Origin: Fimicolochytrium jonesii
Taxonomy: Eukaryota
Assembly (NCBI RefSeq): GCF_025526975.1
Contig: NW_026515694.1
Coordinates: 186,001-250,000 of the forward strand
Length of the DNA stretch: 64,000 nucleotides
Reading direction: 5' to 3'
Part shown: positions 22,291 through 35,528 of the stretch, piece by piece
How positions within the stretch are numbered: position 1 is the stretch's first letter
Layout: every line of letters begins with the position of its first letter
Program-made: the position numbers and the translations under genes
Notes under the pieces: generated by a model
Told to the model about the DNA's origin: nothing
The model's input: only the letters and a program-made list of their open reading frames with translations
Database searches by the model: none

Positions 22291-25017
22291 TCAGGCATTC
22301 TGTAAGATGGTAAGATCAGACAACTTATCATTCCCATCGATACGCAGATTCTTCTCATTGGCGAGATGCAGCACGCAGATGAAGCAAAACGCAACGGAGA
22401 TGTCTTTGCGTTTTTTTTCCGGGTAAACATCGTCGAGGCCGGACACGACGTTCTTGAACGTGTGGCGGCCTTCGACTTGGGCTGTTTCGGGTACAGGCGC
22501 TTCCAGTGGATCCTTTTTTGTTTTGGAGGGAGGTAACGTGAGCGGCCAATCTTCGGGGATTTACGGCCCCGTCCTATTTTCCCAGCCACTCCAATCGCGC
22601 CACACGGCTACATGACTGACCTGGCCATTACCCTTAACTGTGAGCTCTCTCCAGATGTTATCTTTAAGTTTGATCACATCCACCTTCTTCGCTACTCTTG
22701 CGTAATTCAAGGCGACCGTCCTAGTCTTCTTTGGCTCGCCCACCAGCTGGTCTCCAAAATCGACCGAGTTTTGCGTCACAGCCTGAGAAAAGTCTTCAAT
22801 GTCGTCTTCTTCATCGGAGTTGTTGTCTTCGCCATCTGAATGGTCTGCGAAGCCTACGAATGGTGGGTAATACATCAGATGGAGAAGGGTGCGTTGTTGA
22901 GGATATTGATGAGCGACGGAGTGGCGACTTTACCTGTGTCGACGGGTGTCTGGTTGTCCTCCTGCGTCATTTCGTTCTCGGCCCAGAATGCTGCGTCAAC
23001 TGGGCCATCTGCCAATGGGTTGAAAATTCAGCATGGGTTGCCGCATGAAGGTTATGTGCAGGCTGCCCGGACATTGTCGGGAACGTACCTTTTTGAGGTG
23101 CGGCAACACCTGATCCATCTTTCTTGTAGAATTTGATCTGGGGAAACGCAAGTCAGCCCTTTGAGAACGAAAACCAAGAGTAGGCATACAAACGGCATCG
23201 CGCACCTTATGCATTGGCTTCATGAATAACCTGAGCAACTCCTTTGACGAGAAGTGCATATCATCAGGTAGGAGGTGTTCGTCTCTGTGACGGTCCTTGG
23301 GAAGGTCGATCGACGCCGTTGCCGGCGCAAATAGTATGTCCAAGTCAATATCCTCCTCGGTCAAGAAATCGATGGACTCCTCGACCTTCCGCTTCCGCTT
23401 GACTGTGCCTGGCTCCTTGGGATCTTTATCTTCTGAACACGGTTCACGCAAACATTAGGGTTGAGCGCTTGTACCGCGTCCTTCGTCACTGCACTTACTC
23501 TGCACCGGCCGTAATCTCCAATGCTCAGGTCCCGCCCAATTTTTCATCATCGCCGTATCAAAATATGAGAACATATTCTCATCCTGGCCCATCGTCATGC
23601 CTATGGCAACATCCTCCAGAAGCGGGTTGCCCGGTCCGAATCCATCTATCATGACACTATGTTCCCCATTCACATCCATGCCGAAGCGTCCCGCACTGTC
23701 ATCGTCATCGTCCATATAGACGGGATTCAGATCGGGGTCTTCGTCCAACGCCCGTTCCAGAGCAGACATATCAAACGCGCTAGATTCGTCCGAGGTTGGC
23801 AAGCCGATGGTAGACGACGAGTTGAATTCGAAGGTTTTGAGAGATGGGCATATGTCTTGCTGCCATATCGTTTGGAACGTGTCGGCAAATCGGGCTGCAA
23901 TAGTAAAATCAGAACAGGTCCGTGCAGGCAGGGTCATAGATGTCGGGTAGGGTATCATACCCTGCAATTTGCTAATATCGATACGCTCCCTCTCAACCTC
24001 AGCTTCCACTGCGTCTTCCTGCGTCGATTGCGGTTCGTCGTTTATGGCAGTGCCCTCATCACTCGCATCGAATATGATCTTCCCGTCGCGTGATATGCTA
24101 AGATGATTCAGAAGAAGACCATGCGCGCCGCCTTCATCGAAATCTGCGGACGTCTTCTTGAAAAGGGGATCCACCATAAACTCCAGATCGAGCTTCTTGA
24201 CATTCAGATTGTTGATGTCGTTCTCAAGCGTATTTGTTGACCTGTTGGCCTGGTAATATTCCGTGGTGACGCGTAATCAGCATCCCTCCGTCCGTAAGAA
24301 CGCTTGTAGATGTCCACACCTTTTTCCGTGCAGGCTTGGCGTTCTCCGTCCCCTCCTCGACTTCCTCCTCATCTTCAGCGGATCCTACCAGACAAGGAGT
24401 GTCATCCACTGCCGTACCAACGAATAGGTGCTGCACTCCTTCACTCACTCATGTTGGTCTCGACCAGGCCACTCAACAACTTTTTCGTCTCTGAATCCAC
24501 GGAGTCCACCCTGGAAGTGTAGATCTTGACACAGCCGTCGAGAGTACATGAAGCCTTTTGAAAATTAATCGAGTCGCCATCTCGGAGCAGGGTCATATCA
24601 TGGAAGTAGTCGATAAGAGCCAAATTCCAGCTATTGTTCGCATTGATTTTCTGTTGGACGGCCAGAAGTGCGACCACGTTAGGTATCCGAGTCCCTCCTT
24701 GATCTAGTTGTTTTGTTGCGATTGCTCACGTTTTCAGCTGCAATCTTCATCCACTCTTCGAATGAGCTCTTCAGCTCAGACTCTGAAAGCTGTGGTCTTC
24801 CCGGTGTGGTGGGTGGCGTAGGTTTGCGCATAGGAGACATGACCACCGACATCCTTCGCAGTCGATCCTCGGCGAACGACTTCCGTCGCTGAGCGGCTAT
24901 TCTGCCTCTATCTCGCTCTCGTTCGGCGCCCCGCAGCCCGCTTGGCGGGGTTCCGGGTGACGCTTCATTGGAGCGATTCAGACGCCGAAGCGGCGTTTTC
25001 GGTGGGCCGGCTAGCAT
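22291..25017 (-). CDS. BRN1: Condensin I kleisin subunit (Brn1/Cnd2/CAP-H)
   Basis: FEEWMKIAAENKINANNSWNLALIDYF, NFQKASCTLDGCVKIYTSRVDSV, VDPLFKKTSADFDEGGA, NWAGPEHW, YARVAKKVDV..LK, FICVLHLANEKNL. Multiple short introns. Confidence 0.95.
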
Positions 25018-26567
25018 CTTGGTGACGGAGATGACTACGGGAAGTTGTTCCTCTGCAAAACGCTTTGATATCGCGCCAGTACTTTGCAGTGTCCGACCAC
25101 TACCCGACCAGCCAACGACTCCTGTGGGAGCACACGAAGTGCAGGATAGGGAGCGGGCAGGGTTTGAAGATGGTCCTTGCCCTGAATGGGTTGCAAACCC
25201 ACGCGACGCTGCCAAAACTGCAACATGCGAGCGTGTCCGAAAGGGAAGTCCGAAAAGGCCCGCACTCCAACCGTCTCAACGCCCAACAAGGGCGACCGAT
25301 TTACACCGAGGGTATTTGTCCATCGTACGAGTTCCTAAAGTCTCATAACGTACGATATCTCGACAGAAATGTATACAAGCCTGTCAGGGAACGGTATCAC
25401 AATCGTCCTATACCAGTCCAGCTGTCTTTGAGTTGGGCACAGTACGCTATTGTTAGGGCCATACGTTATGCGTCTTGAGTCCGTGGCGACTGGGTCCGAT
25501 TCGACGAATCGCTCTCCAGCTTGGCTCATCGCCGATGGACCTGTCTGAAATTGCCCTCGGACCATCCTCACCTACAAGAGACGGGAACCCGTCGGGTTGC
25601 CACCGCATCAGCGGCGCTTTGGAGGATTAGAGGGCTTTGCTTCATCTATAACCCGTGTTCCCCCATGGCTGTAAGTAACACGATAAATCTTGAAAGTTGC
25701 AAATCCGTAGACGATGTGATTGCTTCTGGTCTCATGGTAGGGTTGGGATGCACAGACCGATAGATTGTGGCTCAACATCGGTGACTGACGGGTCCTTCTG
25801 CAGCTTGATAGCGAAGAATAATTTGCCCATCCCAGGGCGTTCATGTGATCCGAACTTCGCATGTTTTCTTGACCATATGTAAACGAGCTTAGCAATTGAC
25901 ATGCGGTACGCATCGGCATGCTCTAATCCTGACAATGATTGCTTTGAACCTGGGGGGCCGGATTCAGCGTTGTCGAAGCAACGTCAGCTCTGGTGCTGGC
26001 GGCTGTTGGGTTTGCTTAGAAGGAGAACACTAACAAGCGAGTCGTGGGCACCCTGTCATAGTTGCCATTTTGATGTCGGTTGTTATTCTCGATGTGGGGC
26101 GTTGGCTTGATATGCGCTTTCGATGTTTCCTACTCCATCGTGCCTCGATGCCATATTTGTCAATGCTCTCCCAGTGAGCAACCTTTGTTGCTACGTGGTG
26201 TGTTGGCCCGCTTCCGCCCAGTAATGCGGAGTGGAAAGTGGATCGAAAGCAACAATACTTGGTCAGATGTTGGTCCACCATGACCTTTACTGTACGTGAA
26301 GTTTGAAAGCTACGAACCTACTCGGTTGCCCGGTTCTAATAAAAGCCTCGCGAGAGCATCTCCTTCAGAATAAGACTTTTTTACAGCCAAAGTGAACCAT
26401 TTGATTAACAAACCTAACCCCTTTACCTTCGGTGAGTCGGCCTTACCCGGCCTCCTACAATCAGGGTCTACTCGCTCCGCTCGGCAGCTGTCTAACTAGT
26501 CTAACTCTAACCCGAGTTACTCACATTTAGCACGAGTTACCCACTTCTACGTAGTCAATCCCCTGTT

Positions 26568-26588
26568 CCCCCCCCCCCCCCCCCCCCC
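26568..26588. repeat. C21 homopolymer upstream of the DUF676 gene
   Basis: 21 consecutive C. Confidence 0.9.
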
Positions 26589-26807
26589 TCCCGAGTGACG
26601 TTGCAACTCCGCACTTGACGCGTTTGCCAGTTTGCCAGTTTGGCCGCCGCTGCTCTTCAAATTCAAATCCCACCTCACAGCGCTCAGTGCTCACACTGTA
26701 GAGAAATTCGTATATGAAGCAAGTACGAAGTCCCCGTCGTCCGATCTCCGTTTCAGTCTTTAGCCCCGTGCATATGAAATATCCCTCGCCAAGCACCTTC
26801 TCGAGCC

Positions 26808-28402
26808 ATGTCCAACGACAATCCCGTGCATCTTATCGTATTCTGCCACGGGCTTTGGGGCCAGCCCAAACACCTATCGCACGTCGAGAAGAAGATCGTC
26901 GGTAAGGACCCTGGCCGCACCGAGGTAGGCCGACGAGGAGAGTGGACGAGTGGTTGTGGAGGAACGTACTCTGATGGCTTGGTCGTTCTAGGCACTCAAT
27001 CCTGATATCAACTCCGGAGTTCGCACTTACAATGGCGTCGACGTAAGTGGTGTTGAACGCTGGTTGTCTTCGAATACCTGCACGTATTGAATTTGGAACA
27101 CTTTCTCTGATCTAGCTCTGCGGGGCCCGTCTTTTCAATGTTATCGAGGAACGTTTGGAGGATGCCGACAAGCGGTCGGTGGACCGCATCTCCTTTCTGG
27201 GCTACTCCCTCGGCGGTCTTATCGTCCGGTATACGATAGGGCTCATGGAGGCCCGGGGCATGTTCCAAAACGCCAGCGATCCACCACCACCGAAAGGGAC
27301 ACTCAAAGTCGTTCCCACCAACTTCATATCGGTGGCAACTCCGCATGCAGGCGCTCATCTGCGACCCGACGGCATTTGGAGCAGATTCTACAACGCGGGA
27401 CAATCAGTGCTGATAGTCAGGTCGGGAGCGCATTTGACATTGACGGACGATGATGGGTCGTTCGAAGCTGTCAAACAGCGGGCACAGAGTGGCAGTAGCA
27501 AGAATGGGGGAGGGCGGAGGGCATTGCTGGAAGCCATGTCGGATCCGTCGCTCCCGTTTTGGAAGGGTCTGGCTCGCTTTCAATCTCGCACATTGTACGC
27601 AAACACGGTCAACGATCGGGTGGTGGGGTTCACCACCTCCGCTCTGGAACCTACGAATCATTACAAGAAGGAAGGACAAAGATGGGTGCCACATCCGCAA
27701 TATCCATCAGTAGTTATTCTTCAACCGAAGGAGGAACCTTCAGAGCAGAAAGTCAAATCAGCGGAAATCGCTCCATCACCCTCCTCCCCTTCGTCAACCG
27801 AAACCTCCGAGAATGCCGACGCTGACATCGAGTCCGGGTCTGGCAGCGCAGATGACTTGGACGATGACTCCCTTATTCCGGCGGAAGATCCCACTAAGAC
27901 ACCGACACAAACGGACTCTCCCGCGGCATCCGTTGCTTTAGGCGTCACGGCCATCACTGCTCTCGGCGCGTCTACAGTGGCCACCACCCCGATCGGTCTG
28001 CGTAGGCTAGTGTTCCTCATACTATCTCCCATTTTGTTCCCCATCGCGATCATCGCTCTGACGACTATGAACATCGTTGCGCGCGTCCGTTACGTGCAAA
28101 ACAAAGTCGAGGCGCAACTCCTGATCGACGCGAGCGCTACTATCGCAGAAAACATCGATGAAGAGACGAACTCAGCATCACCATCGCATCAGCCATCACC
28201 TACGGGAAGCACGTATTTGGTGGATTACAACGACAAGGGTGCTCTTCGAAAGTTGATGATTTCTCGACTGAATCTTCTAAGTTGGACAAAGGTTCACGTA
28301 AGAATCTTGAGTCCTCGATCCCATGCAGCGATTATCGTGCGGCCGAGTCATGATCAGTTCCAGGATGCAATGGATAAGATGGCGGAGGAGTTTACAATAT
28401 AG
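26808..28402 (+). CDS. DUF676 putative serine esterase/lipase (Rog1/Lpl1-like)
   Basis: HLIVFCHGLWG, TYNGVD, ISFLGYSLGGLIVRY (GxSxG), NFISVATPHAG, LYANTVNDRVV, SHAAIIVR. Two 5' introns and one hydrophobic segment. Confidence 0.9.
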
Positions 28403-29264
28403 GACCAGGGATTTGACGAGAAGCGGGTTGGGCAGCTTCCATATCTTAGGCGGTCCTGATCGATCGTCGTAAGCTTGGATGTTTGGCATTTTGTCTTCAT
28501 GACACTCATCTTCATCTTTGAAATCCGATTCTCCTTGCTTTTCCCTCGTCAGTACTGTTTGCTTTGTTGACAGGTTCCTGGAAAGCATTCAAATGGCGCT
28601 GCTGCCGCTGTCAAAGGATAAACGGCTACTTGCGCCGATTACCGGTCGGCGGTGAGAAGCTTATCACGTACCGAGATCCAGACTTGAGCTTGGAAACGAA
28701 AACCGCGGGAGACATGACTCAAGAGGGTCGATTATCATGCTGGGGTGTGCGACGTGGTGTGACGGTGTGTGACCTCATATTGCTTTGGTATACCATCGAA
28801 CCAATCCGTTGGGATCAGACTCTCTCTATTGCCAACTGATGACGGTCAACAAGCCAGCTCGTGATGAGAGTCGCCGTGATTTTTGAAGGGCAACTCGAAC
28901 GCGCTTTTCTTGATGTTGGTCCGCTAAAGAGATTATTGGGCGAGCAGCCTGGCGGTTCTTCGGACTCGTTCTTCGACCTGCAACCTCAAACCGCCGTGGT
29001 GAGAAAGGCGCCGCAACATCCAACATTAGCGACCGAAACTCCCAACGAGAGTCGGAGCGCAGTTCACCAGTGTCAACACGACCAAAAGGCACTAGCATTG
29101 AATCGAGCGCCAAGACAGCGCATTGCAACGAATTTCAACAGGAAGTCGATATCCAGAGGGAAACCGACAGAGAGGAGGAAATCCAGTTTACAGTTGCAGG
29201 CTCAACAATCACGGCGTCGAGTTTTTGACTTTAAAAAGCCTATACCTGCCAACCCTTGTCAGTA

Positions 29265-32200
29265 ATGGGCGCCGCCACCGAGTTGGCTGGCGTTACCCCA
29301 CCGGAATCGCCCAGAGCGCCTGCCGCCGAGATCAATGGCGACGCTGCTCCTTCCTTGCAGAAAGCTGAAGCACTCGCTTCCAACGTGGACTTGCCCTGCG
29401 TCACCGCTTTGAATGGGATTGGAATCAAGGGACTCAAGGTCCCCGAGACGTCTGGAGATGCAGCCGCTTCAAAGAAGGCCATTCTTGCCGCCACTTCAGA
29501 AGTGACTGTTGGACGTGTCCCCGACGGAACAGGTAACCCCCTGACTTGCTGAGCGAACGACGCTCCTGGTGATCAGTAACTAACAAAGGGATGCAATCTA
29601 GTTTTTTCGGTCCCGGAAACCCATGACCTCATCCAGACATTGTTTTCGCCTTCAAAACCGAAAACCCTGCCTGAATACGTCACATTGGGCGCCATGGCTT
29701 TCACCATCTCGCTCTTCTTCTTCACAAACGCCCCGAAGGGTGTTTTCTTGGCCATGTTTTTGTTCTGGCGATTCATGTATAACGTTGGACTTGGGGTCTT
29801 GCTGAGCGCACAGAGCAAAAACCGTGCGCTTGTTAGACTCGCGAGAAAGCATGGTTTCGGACCCAATCCCGTTGAGCCTAGAAAAAAATGGGTTCAGTAT
29901 TTTGTCGACCAAGTCTCGCGGAAAATGACTCAACAGGGCAAAGTCTACGATTATGAGGTATGAGATTTGGTGGGACACATATGCTGCCAAGAACGATTCT
30001 GACGTTCGTCCGCTTCAGGCTATGCCCATTGAATTCAACGTTTGGGTGATGTACCGTGGTCTCGTGGACATCATTCTGGTCAACGACTTCACTTGTTACA
30101 TCGCCTTTGCCGTATCGTATTACCAAGCCCCCGCAGAAGGTTATGGGTGGACTGATGCATTGCGTTACGCCGGTGGTATCCTGATGCTCCTGTTCAACCT
30201 CTGGGTGAAGACCGATGCTCACCGTGTTGTGAAGGATTTTGCTTGGTGTAAGTTCCCACACGCAGTTCGTGCTGAGTCACGAGGATGGCAAAGCTAACGG
30301 AACTATCCACAGACTGGGGCGATTTCTTCTTCCTTGTGGACGCTTCTCTCACTTTCGACGGAGTTTTCGAGATGGCCCCTCATCCCATGTACTCTGTTGG
30401 CTACATTGGATTCTACGGAACTGCTCTGATTGCACAGAGTTACTCTGTCCTGTTCGTCAGTTTGTTGGCCCATGCCGCCCAAATGGCGTTCTTGCACTGG
30501 GTTGAGAACCCTCACATCGACAAGACGTACAATCCTCCCACACAGAAGAAAGGTACGCAGTACGAAGGCATATCACTTGAAACGCATGATTACTGACATG
30601 TGGTTCGCCTAGGACGCGATGCTACCTCCGACATCACCGCCAAGTACTTCGGTCGTGACATGATCGTGTTCCGGAACATGGATCTTCTCAAAGCCACCGA
30701 TCTTCAGACCGTTGCTATCGTCGGTTACACCATCGTTGTCGCACTGCTCATCGGCCCCATTGATGGTCCTAGGACATTCTGGTTCTACGTCGGTCAAACA
30801 CTCTTCTGGCGATTGGTGCACACCTACGGACTGGGCACCGTTCTTTACCTGCAAAGCCAATATCGCATGTGGAACCGCCATTTCATCAAGCACGGCGAAA
30901 GCTCCCGTGACGCTTTCAACCACTGGAAGGTGTTGTACAACACCACCCAGGTAATGACCTACGTCTCGTTTGTCATCTGCGCCGTTCGTCTGTTCGTGGT
31001 GCCCGAAAGCATTGTTTACGGCACCTTCCTCCTGCGCGCCACCCTCGGCGGCCTTTTCATCCTACTCCACATCTGGATCGCCGTGTCCATTTACGAAGTT
31101 ATTGGATCATCTGGATGGTTCTATGGAGACTTCTTCATTGACGAACTCCGCTACCGCAGCGGACCTGTTTACAGCGGGTTGTACCGATACCTCGACAACC
31201 CTCTTCTCTACACTTTCTCGTGCTGGGGCTTGGCCATGATCTGTGGCTCCCCAGCTTTGTACGGCATTACCATCTTCGGCCAGGTGTCTAACTGGTTCTT
31301 CCTTCGATACGTTGAGCAGCCCCACATGCGTCGTCTCTATGGCCCACAGATCAGGCAAGAGGCCGGTGTGGAACGCGTCCTGAAAAGCAAAGTCGAGGAG
31401 CTTGAACGCAGTGTGGAAAGGATCGCCAAGGATCTGGACCTTCTTGACGTTCTCAACCGCATCAAGGAAGTTAAACGCCACGGAGAGAAGGAGCTCAAGA
31501 AGGTCATTGGTCCGGAAGGATGGAAAGACTTTGTTGGACGCGCAAGGGGAAGGAAGCAGGCTCGGAAAGTTGCTACCAGCGACGTTACTCCCCCGGAGAG
31601 TGATGACGATTCCAGCACTACCCGCACTGAAGATTCGCCCCCCAAACGCCCCAGCGTTCTCCGTAAGAAGACATCCACCGACTCACACCTGTCATTGGAC
31701 TCCCAAGAGAGCGTGTATACCTCTATGAGGGGCAGCGGTCAGGATGCCAACCGTCGATTACCGCAAACGGTAGAACGCATCATCGAGGAGCTGGAAGATC
31801 TTGTTGACCAAGCTAGGCCACGCATGAGGGCTATGGTTGGAGAGACTGCCTTCAAGCTGGCGCAAGTGTGAGTTACTTTTGATAACTTCAGGTCAATTGT
31901 ACGACTGGTTCTGATTTCATTTACTGCTTTTCAGAGGCGAGAAGCTGCAAGCCGATCTCATACCGGCGGAGCTTTACAGTCTGTCATTGCCAGCATTCGC
32001 CCCCGAATCTCCAGCAACTTTTAAACTAGGCCAACCCATCGAAATCCAGTTTACAGCAGCGGCAGACTTCATCACCGCTAGGGATTGGGTCGGCATCTAT
32101 CCGATCACCGCCAACCCGAACCAGACACTGACCACCACCAAGAGCGAAGGCCGATGGCTTTTCGTCAACGGCAGTGGTAAGGAGGAATGGGACGCCGACA

Positions 32201-32933
32201 GCAATTGTCGTGGCATGTCTCTGATCCAAGATACGGAAACCGCGCGTCTCATTGGCACCACCGTTGTTGAGATCTCAACCGCCAAGAGCATCAGCGCCCG
32301 CAAAGTGCTCCCCATCGTGCGTGGTACCCTCACATTCACCCACGACCGTCTACCGTGGCAGACGGGTGCCTACGAGGCGCGTTACCACTACGAAGGCAAG
32401 CACGGGGTCATGGCTATCAGCCGTGCGTTCGAGATTGTCGCCGATGAGTTCTCGTGGCACGCGGATGAGAGCGTCGCACAGCAGGAAGCGAGAGCAACTC
32501 AGACCTTGCGCAAGATTGTGCAGGTTTGCGTCGATGTCAACACGGCCAATGGCGACCAGGAGATCTGTCTGGAAGACGATATCATGGAGAAGGTCAAAAT
32601 TGGAGATAACCTGGATGAGGGTATGTGTTGATTTTGGTGTAGATGCGGATATGTGTGGCCTTAGCATTTACGACCTACACTTCAGCTTCGTACGAGCGGT
32701 ACAAGGAGACTGTTGCACGCCGTATTGCATACGCTATCAAGCAAACCTTTGGCGTGGAGTTCTCATGGAAAGTCGTACCGATGGTCGGCACAACCGGCCG
32801 CCTTGCCCAACGGGTCAGTGTCGCGATAGCCGACCGAAATGCCGCAGTGGAATCTGGAGCTCACTCATTATTCTCTCCTCTACCAGGTCTGTTCCGCACA
32901 TATTGCTCTGCACCCAACGGATCCGTCTTCTAG
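29265..32933 (+). CDS. CHO2: Phosphatidylethanolamine N-methyltransferase
   Basis: [89 protein letters not shown]. About 6 introns. Confidence 0.95.
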
Positions 32934-34591
32934 CCTGTTCGCATAGAGCAGCTTAGCACCATTGCACTGCGTATAGGTCTCTCGTAGTTTCTTTATCTTA
33001 AAGTTCCCGTCTCCTCATCCCACACCCCACCATAGACCACATTTTAGGCATCCACGCAATCAATCATCTGCCACAGACTGTTAGTTGTTTGGACGCAATA
33101 AATTATGGAATGATATGTCGAATTGGATCGTGCATCCGATGGCTTTTCGTTGGACAACACGCTAAGCATGTAAACAGCCATGTATTGAAATATAGAGCTA
33201 AGATTCTTTCCTGAGCCCACGATTTACCTTTCCTCGAGCAAGCAAGTCAAGCCGAGTCAAACACACCGAGCGAAGTCTTGTCATCTCTTATGCCGGCAAT
33301 CTGCTCCGCCAGATGCAGTCGCGGCCATCCTTGCCTATTGGGCTATATTTTTTCTTAGAAACTGAAACCACATCATGAGAGATACCAGGTTCCCACGATG
33401 ACTTACGCTTGAATCGACTAAACTACGCAGCTGTGTGTCTTCAGAAGTTTGATCCTCTTGTCCTAGCGGAACGGGCGAGACGGAGGGTTTCGCAATCATG
33501 GACGGCGATCGTGCCATCCTCCAAACGCCCGGTAATGTCTGCCCCGGATAACAAAACCAGAACACCAAATCCATGGTTGACTTCAGCCGGGTGGCCTGGG
33601 CTCGCTCCCAAAACTAAGTCCGACATTGACGAGGAAAGAAAGATGCCATGGAAGCCCTTGAATAGATCTTTGGGAAGCCACATCGGAGACACCCCGAAGT
33701 ATATGAACGGGGGGCACGGGCGGAGAAGCGGAAATGAAAAAGCATTGGCGTTGGAAAGAATCTTCCAAAGCGCGCTGTCGAATTACCTTGTGATCATGAC
33801 ACAGCGCCCTCTGCCCTCGGGAAGGCCAACTGTTTATGCCAGAGTTTTCAGGGCTAGTTGGTGCTCCGCTGCGATGTATTCACCGCATGTCCTGACCGGG
33901 TACCCTGTGCATTTAACCCTGGGTGTCACGTAGGTTTGCGGAATCCCTCCCCATTGTGATTGCAAACATGGATCTGGGTGGCATGAGAACAATGAATGAA
34001 TATCTATTCACGATTTGCGCTGCTGGGATGTGTGTCTTGTGCTCCCAAATAGCCTTGTACATGGTGAATGGAGACGGGCTAACATTGGCTTTTCGTTCTC
34101 GGAGAGCCTGAAGACATTAAAGGCACGGTGCTTGCGTGATACTGCCGATTCCCTTGCACCGTCTGTTGCCGCCAATTTTTGTAACCTGTTCGGTTATTGG
34201 TGCCACACGGCATGCATGCATAGTCTTTAGCAGCACCTTCGATCAGCCCCTTCAAGCGGTGCGGCGTTGGAGAATCTAATATAAGCCAGACCGAAAGCAG
34301 AAGCGTTCCTCAAGGCCAGTCTTTTGCCTCCCACGCAAATCGTTCTGCACATCTTCAGCATCCCTCCATCTACCCTCCGAAACAAGTTTCTACTCTCTGA
34401 TCCTCCGCATAGTTGACAGAAGCAAACTGGAACCACGGCACGGACTGTCGCGCATGGCTCTTGGCGAAGCTCTTCAGCGACATATAACCTAAATCGTCAG
34501 ATCTTTACCCATCCCTGCCGTAGACACGCCTCCTTGCCCAATCTCAGAGAAATACCATATACCATCACCTGGCAAAATCTGCTCAATAACA

Positions 34592-35230
34592 ATGTCTCGA
34601 GCGGAACGTGATTCTTTGAAGGAGCTCGCATCAGCGCTGCGCGCGGCGCGGGGCTCCTCACCATCTTCACCGTCCAGTACACCTACCCGGCGGCGCTCCA
34701 CCGTTTCCAAGAACGTCAACGGCTCACGGTGCCAAGCCTCATCGCCTCCAAAACTATCCCCTTTATCCACTACCACCACCGCCGCCGCCGCCGCCGCCGA
34801 AGCGCGCATATCCCCACCTATCCCAGACCCTACACCTAACGTCGGCCGCAGATTCAACAATGTGCCGTCAAGCACCGTCGCCTCGCCCGTCCGCACCGTA
34901 CTGCTCTCAGAATACACGCCCAGTAACAACTCGACGATGGGATATATGGATTCGCGATACTACAAACGCTCGATGCCGTCGTTGAACTCACGGCGGAACA
35001 GCTCTACTTCGAATCAATCCGACTCCTCTCCGTATTCGTCAACAGGCAGCCTGTCGCGCCGGGTCTCATTTGGGACGAACATTGTGTACGCGTTTGACAA
35101 GACAGCCGCATCGAATGAGAGATCGGGGAGCGTTGTCAACGTCTCGTGCGGGACGGCGATTGCTACGATGAGGCACGAATTCTTCATCAATTCAGATCCT
35201 GAATTTGAGCGGGACATCATGGCTGATTGA
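34592..35230 (+). CDS. Ser/Thr/Pro-rich hypothetical protein with an RVxF motif
   Basis: Intronless ATG-initiated 212-aa ORF in a gene-sized gap, with many SP/TP sites and SRRVSFG. No family recognised. Confidence 0.6.
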   Translation: MSRAERDSLKELASALRAARGSSPSSPSSTPTRRRSTVSKNVNGSRCQASSPPKLSPLSTTTTAAAAAAEARISPPIPDPTPNVGRRFNNVPSSTVASPVRTVLLSEYTPSNNSTMGYMDSRYYKRSMPSLNSRRNSSTSNQSDSSPYSSTGSLSRRVSFGTNIVYAFDKTAASNERSGSVVNVSCGTAIATMRHEFFINSDPEFERDIMAD

Positions 35231-35528
35231 CATCAGGCCCATGCTGTGTCGTGCCGTCCCATCTTGCATCCCATTTGCATCCCATTTGCATCCCACTCCT
35301 TCCCGTTTCCCCGTTAGACCGCTATGGGTATTAGATCCCGTTTTCGAGATCATCTTTTGTGCATTATTCTTTTTGGTCCCAAGCCTTGTTTTCTTGACAA
35401 ATAAACAGTTCAATTTTCATGTCAAGTCAGAAACCGGATGCATTCATATTTTCATGCGACGTGGTCTTCTATATACAAATGATTCCAATTCCACAGATTC
35501 TCTTCGAGAAGACCTATCCCTCTATCTC

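Noticed and set aside
25195..25235. MCB/SCB/E2F-like CGCG cores upstream of BRN1 and RAD4
   Set aside because: Only partial matches, expected by chance at this GC content.
25300..26550. Gene or ncRNA in the BRN1-DUF676 gap
   Set aside because: Only short ORFs without motifs, and no tRNA, snRNA or SRP signature recognised.
33000..34500. 174-aa ORF 33409-33933 and neighbours
   Set aside because: Non-ATG start, no domain and no coherent splice model.
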